Below are positions 59,998 through 64,000 of a stretch of 64,000 nt of DNA, piece by piece. This DNA is from Candidatus Uhrbacteria bacterium (lineage in GTDB: Bacteria > Patescibacteriota > Patescibacteriia > UBA9934). Position 1 is the stretch's first letter; each line of letters opens with the position of its first letter. The stretch is taken from NCBI GenBank assembly GCA_018673485.1, contig JABHCP010000001.1:3512-67511 (forward strand), in the 5' to 3' direction. Position numbers and translations under genes: made by a program. The notes beneath the pieces are model-generated. The model saw only the letters and a list, made by a program, of their open reading frames with translations, searched no databases and was not told the DNA's origin.

Positions 59998-60828
59998 TCA
60001 TGAACCATTTTCAATAACACGCCTTTCAGATTCTTGGATTGCCTCATCAATCGCGTCAACTGTTACTATCTTAGAAAGACCTAAATGACCTTCCAATATT
60101 TGCACCTGTTTATTGGTTAGCGCATCACGCTCCTCACCCATTGATAAAAAACTAATAACAATGCCTAATAAATATGCTTTCTTTACCGGCACAGTTCCTT
60201 CAATAGCCACAAACTGTGGCTTTATAAAAACTGGACCACCACTATTACCAGGAAATACGGGCGCATCTAAATATATCAGATTGTTACTAAGAGTTTCGTC
60301 ATCTACTCTAGCGATAGAACCGCTACGACACATAGCATAATTTTTTTCAGCTCCTTTTAAACCAAGCGGAAAGCCTAAGTAAAAAACTCCATCACCATTT
60401 GATACCCCCGCCTCTTCATATTTGTTTGAATGAAGCGCAGTATCTGTATCAATAATTTGAACATAGTCAATTCCAGCTTCTTTGAGAATATTGCCATTAA
60501 TTGGTATCACAGCCACATCGCACTCCCCTAAAGTTGAGCTAAATACAGCCAAACCATCAACATATAACGATAATTCAAATACTTGAACATTTTCCCCTAA
60601 AGAATCGAACCGAAGAAATACTTTTTGCCTCTGTTTGCCTCTACTCAAACCAGCTTTATATAAAACATGCTTAGCTGTCACTAAATAATTCATTGCTCGG
60701 AACTGATCACCCTTCTTTTCTAGTACTTTTGCATATATAAAACCTGTACCTATAGTTTTAAGGTTTCCATCTTCATAATCCTCGATGGATACAACTGATT
60801 TTAAATATCCTGGTGGTAATAGTGCCAT
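59998..60828 (-). CDS. trypsin-like serine protease
   Basis: GTGF, VTAKHV, DVAVI, GNSGGPV catalytic triad motifs; no signal peptide. Confidence 0.88.
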   Translation of the reverse strand: MALLPPGYLKSVVSIEDYEDGNLKTIGTGFIYAKVLEKKGDQFRAMNYLVTAKHVLYKAGLSRGKQRQKVFLRFDSLGENVQVFELSLYVDGLAVFSSTLGECDVAVIPINGNILKEAGIDYVQIIDTDTALHSNKYEEAGVSNGDGVFYLGFPLGLKGAEKNYAMCRSGSIARVDDETLSNNLIYLDAPVFPGNSGGPVFIKPQFVAIEGTVPVKKAYLLGIVISFLSMGEERDALTNKQVQILEGHLGLSKIVTVDAIDEAIQESERRVIENGS

Positions 60829-60874
60829 AATTTTTTATCAAAAACAGAGCCTTGCGGCCCCGTTTTTTAAATAT

Positions 60875-62149
60875 CTATTTAACGTCGTAGTTTCTCATCT
60901 GGATCTGGGATTCGACTTGTTTTACCATGTCGATTACTACCGAGACTACGATTAGGATTGATGCACCACCTACTACTAAGTTCGGGCTGCCGGTGATTCC
61001 TTGGACTATAACTGGCAAGAGCGCGATTATTGCTAGGAAGCTGGCACCACCGAATAGGATTCTGTTTCGTACCCACCCTAGATAATTCTCCGTTGGCATT
61101 CCTGGACGTACTCCTGGAATAAATCCACCTTGCTTTTGCAAGTTCTCCGCTACTTGATCTGGTCGGAAAACAACTGTTGCGTAGAAGAAGGTGAATCCAA
61201 ATACTAGTGTGAAGTAGATGATTCCGTAGAACCAGTTATTGGCAAAGGCTTCGATTACGAATGTTGCCAAGTCTCTAATCACCTGCGTTTTTGCTTCTAC
61301 AAAGAACTGAGCAATGAGCGGTGGGAATACGATTATTGATATTGCGAAAATGATCGGGATCATTCCTCCCAAGTTAACACGCATTGGCAGGTGTGACTGC
61401 ACCTTTCGTGATGCTCCTCCACGTACCCCTCGGGCGTATTGAACTGGAATATTTCGCTGTCCCTCGTTGACGACTACTACTGCTAGAATAGTTACTACAG
61501 TAAGCACCAGGAATAGTATTAAGTTAAACAAATCAGCCTGTGTGTATGTTGCTGCAACTTGCTGCAAGAATCCAGGGAATCCAGCTACAATACCGGCTAA
61601 GATTAGGATTGAAATTCCGTTACCAACATTCTTTTCAGTCATTAGCTCACCCAGCCACATAAGGAATATTGTTCCGGCTGACATGGTGATTAGGGCTGCA
61701 ATTAGTGCAAATCCTTCAATGGCGAATCCACTTCCCAACTGTCCACCCTGCTGTCCGATTAGAGACACTAGAGCAAAACTTTGAACTAGTGCAAGTGGGG
61801 CTGTTGCCCAACGAGTCCACCTGTTAATCTTTTCACGTCCTGTCGCTTCCTTTTGCATGTCTTCCATTTGCGGGAAGATCATTCCCAAAAGCTGGAAGAT
61901 AATTGATGAGGTAATGTATGGAGAGATTCCAAGGGCAACGATTGAGAAATTCTCAAGCGTTCCACCAGAGAACATGTTCAGTAGTCCTAGGAATTGGTTT
62001 GAGTTTAGAAAAGTATCTAATCCTGCTGCATCAATCCCTGGAACAGTAATATGTGCAGCAACTCGGAAGATGCTGATACATAGAACCAAAAACAGCAGGC
62101 TGTTACGCAGCTGTTTTATTTTCCAAATTCTTCGTACTGTCTCCCACAT
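60875..62149 (-). CDS. secY: preprotein translocase SecY
   Basis: LGISPYITSSII.QL, WLGE..T..GNGIS, GMIPIIFA, GGFIPGVRPG. Confidence 0.99.
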   Translation of the reverse strand: MWETVRRIWKIKQLRNSLLFLVLCISIFRVAAHITVPGIDAAGLDTFLNSNQFLGLLNMFSGGTLENFSIVALGISPYITSSIIFQLLGMIFPQMEDMQKEATGREKINRWTRWATAPLALVQSFALVSLIGQQGGQLGSGFAIEGFALIAALITMSAGTIFLMWLGELMTEKNVGNGISILILAGIVAGFPGFLQQVAATYTQADLFNLILFLVLTVVTILAVVVVNEGQRNIPVQYARGVRGGASRKVQSHLPMRVNLGGMIPIIFAISIIVFPPLIAQFFVEAKTQVIRDLATFVIEAFANNWFYGIIYFTLVFGFTFFYATVVFRPDQVAENLQKQGGFIPGVRPGMPTENYLGWVRNRILFGGASFLAIIALLPVIVQGITGSPNLVVGGASILIVVSVVIDMVKQVESQIQMRNYDVK

Positions 62150-62164
62150 AAAATATTGTTATGC

Positions 62165-62602
62165 TTATATCTTACCACCTGCTGCAATAATTTTCTCTGC
62201 CGCTGTCTTTGATACTGAACAACTCTTTACAGTTACTGCCTTTGCAATTTCACCGTTTGCAAGAATCTTTACCGGCTTATTCGGATATCGCACCAAACCT
62301 TTGCTTGCCAAAGTTTTTGGAGTAACAACCTCTTTTGCGATATAGCTTGCATCAATTTGTGAAACATTTACAGTTTGCGGCTTCTCGTTTGGTGAATTAA
62401 AACCACGCAACTTTGGAGTAGAAAGCATAAGACGTCGCATTCCGCGTCTTTTATGTCCTGAGCTACCTGCTCTGGATTTCTGTCCCTTCATTCCACGTCC
62501 TACAGTGTGTCCACCTTTTCCTGATCCGTATCCACGACCAAGACGCTTCTTTGTTTTCTTTGTTCCCTTTGATTTCTCAAGGGTGTGCAGTGAAAGTGTC
62601 AT
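62165..62602 (-). CDS. rplO: 50S ribosomal protein uL15
   Basis: RLGRG.GSG.G.T.GRG.KGQKSR, KI.AAGG. Confidence 0.97.
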   Translation of the reverse strand: MTLSLHTLEKSKGTKKTKKRLGRGYGSGKGGHTVGRGMKGQKSRAGSSGHKRRGMRRLMLSTPKLRGFNSPNEKPQTVNVSQIDASYIAKEVVTPKTLASKGLVRYPNKPVKILANGEIAKAVTVKSCSVSKTAAEKIIAAGGKI

Positions 62603-62615
62603 ACAAAATTATTTA

Positions 62616-63239
62616 TCAGCCTTTTTTTTCAGCTGGCTTTGCTTTTGGAGCGCTCTTATCTGCGTCGGTCGCTTCTTCTGCCTTTACAACCTTTTTGACC
62701 TTTTTCGCAGGCTTCTTTTCCGCTACCTCTTTTAGCTGGCTAAGGGCTTTAAAAGCTGCTTTTGCATTATTGATTTTATTGTTTGTTCCTAGAATCTTTG
62801 AAACTGCGTTTGGAACTCCGGCAAGTGTTAGTACCATTCGAACAGCACCACCTGACTTAAGTCCAGTTCCCTTTGGAGCAGGCTTAATGATAACCTTGGC
62901 TGCACCAAACTTGGCAGAAACGTCATATGGAATTGACTCCTTTGCCATTGGAACAGTGATTACATTCTTTTTTGCCTGTCGGTAAGCCTTTTCAATTGAG
63001 ATCTGAACATCAGCTCCTTTGGCAACTCCCACACCAACTCTTCCCTTTCGATCTCCAATAAGCAAACATGTACGGAAACGCATTCGTTTTCCACCTTTAG
63101 TAACACGAGTTACGCGTGTAAGCTCAAGAATCTTCTGCTCGAATTCACGTTGTTCGCGCTGCTGTGGACGACGTCGTCGTCGTGGCTTGCGAGCATCTCG
63201 CTGTCCGCCTGGCTTATTTGTTTTTTGATTTTCAGTCAT
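62616..63239 (-). CDS. rpsE: 30S ribosomal protein uS5
   Basis: RVTRVTKGGK..F, PAPKGTG..GGAVR. Confidence 0.97.
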   Translation of the reverse strand: MTENQKTNKPGGQRDARKPRRRRRPQQREQREFEQKILELTRVTRVTKGGKRMRFRTCLLIGDRKGRVGVGVAKGADVQISIEKAYRQAKKNVITVPMAKESIPYDVSAKFGAAKVIIKPAPKGTGLKSGGAVRMVLTLAGVPNAVSKILGTNNKINNAKAAFKALSQLKEVAEKKPAKKVKKVVKAEEATDADKSAPKAKPAEKKG

Positions 63240-63243
63240 ACAA

Positions 63244-63603
63244 TTAAAATTCAAGTCCGTTCTCGCGAGCAGCATCTGCTAACGCTTTTACGCGACCGTG
63301 ATACAAGTAAGGTCCGCGATCAAATACAACCTTTGTTATTCCTGCGTCCTTTGCTCGCTTTGCAACCTCAGCTCCAACAAGTGCTGCGATCTCAACTTTT
63401 TTCTTATCTTTTGAATCAACATGAGCGTCAGCTGTAAAAGCAAGTACCTTACCAGTTTCATCATTGATAACCTGGGCAGACATATGCTTTGATGACCTAA
63501 ATACGCTCAAACGTGGTCGATCTTGAGTTCCGCGAATACGGCTGCGAGTTCTGTGTGCTCGTCGCAACTTTTGTAATTGCTTTTTCTTTATTAAGTCCTT
63601 CAT
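63244..63603 (-). CDS. rplR: 50S ribosomal protein uL18
   Basis: RPRLSVFRS, VVFDRG.Y.YHGRVKALADAARE.GL.F. Confidence 0.98.
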   Translation of the reverse strand: MKDLIKKKQLQKLRRAHRTRSRIRGTQDRPRLSVFRSSKHMSAQVINDETGKVLAFTADAHVDSKDKKKVEIAALVGAEVAKRAKDAGITKVVFDRGPYLYHGRVKALADAARENGLEF

Positions 63604-63606
63604 ATG

Positions 63607-64000
63607 CTATTCGGTCTTAGCTGCCTTACCAGCTTTACGTCTAACAATCTCATCAGTGTATCTAAATCCTTTACCTTTATACGGTTCAGGCTTTTTAAAT
63701 GCACGAATCTCAGCTGTAACCTGTCCTACAAGTTGCTTGCTGATTCCTGAAATTGTCAAAACATTATTCTCAATAGTGGCCTCGATTCCTTCGGGTAGAT
63801 CGTATTCAATTAAGTGAGAAAAACCAAGTCTCATCTCAACTTTTCGCCCCTTAACCTCCATCTTGAAACCAACACCATGCAATTCCAGAGCTCGGGTCCA
63901 ACCCTCTGACACTCCCTTAACTACGTTTGCAACGTTTGCTCGTGTTGTTCCCCAAATGGCACTGTCAAGTGCTTTATCTACTGGTGTGATAGCTATTGTC
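63607..64000 (-). CDS. rplF: 50S ribosomal protein uL6 (5' part outside window)
   Basis: LGFSH, KQLVGQ..A.IR..PEPYKGKG. Confidence 0.97.
   Translation of the reverse strand, partial: TIAITPVDKALDSAIWGTTRANVANVVKGVSEGWTRALELHGVGFKMEVKGRKVEMRLGFSHLIEYDLPEGIEATIENNVLTISGISKQLVGQVTAEIRAFKKPEPYKGKGFRYTDEIVRRKAGKAAKTE

Overview
64 kb of a low-GC bacterial chromosome read with the standard code (TGA = stop). It has the hallmarks of a Patescibacteria/CPR genome, probably ABY1 (Uhrbacteria-like): rpmD/uL30 is missing from the spc operon, AspS lacks the GAD domain, and there are VirB2-type pilin fusions and TSP3-repeat surface proteins. Core genes are pyk, nrdR, ftsZ, ftsA, ybeY, rpsU, hisS, lepB, der, pth, dprA, folC, topA, an RSH gene, parAB, three tRNAs, scpAB, aspS, recO, ruvX, map, adk, secY and rplO-rpsE-rplR-rplF. 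Accessory content: (1) a ~19 kb cluster of acidic, Cys-rich surface proteins, including a 3331-aa pilin-anchored giant, running into ybeY-dgkA-ftsA-ftsZ; (2) an AT-rich defence island between secY and adk with a Bsp6I-like endonuclease, a LexA-C5-methyltransferase fusion and a trypsin-like protease; (3) a ~280-nt non-coding element present twice in opposite orientation, with compensatory base changes and an exchangeable hairpin; (4) many REP-like palindromes, including a GIY-YIG gene bracketed by inverted repeats, an in-frame insertion in AspS and a shared element supplying the stop codons of hisS and aspS; (5) GC-rich orphan cassettes with Shine-Dalgarno sites, whereas most core genes look near-leaderless and rpsU carries a strong SD. 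All calls come from motif recognition by eye; no database searches or folding programs were run.
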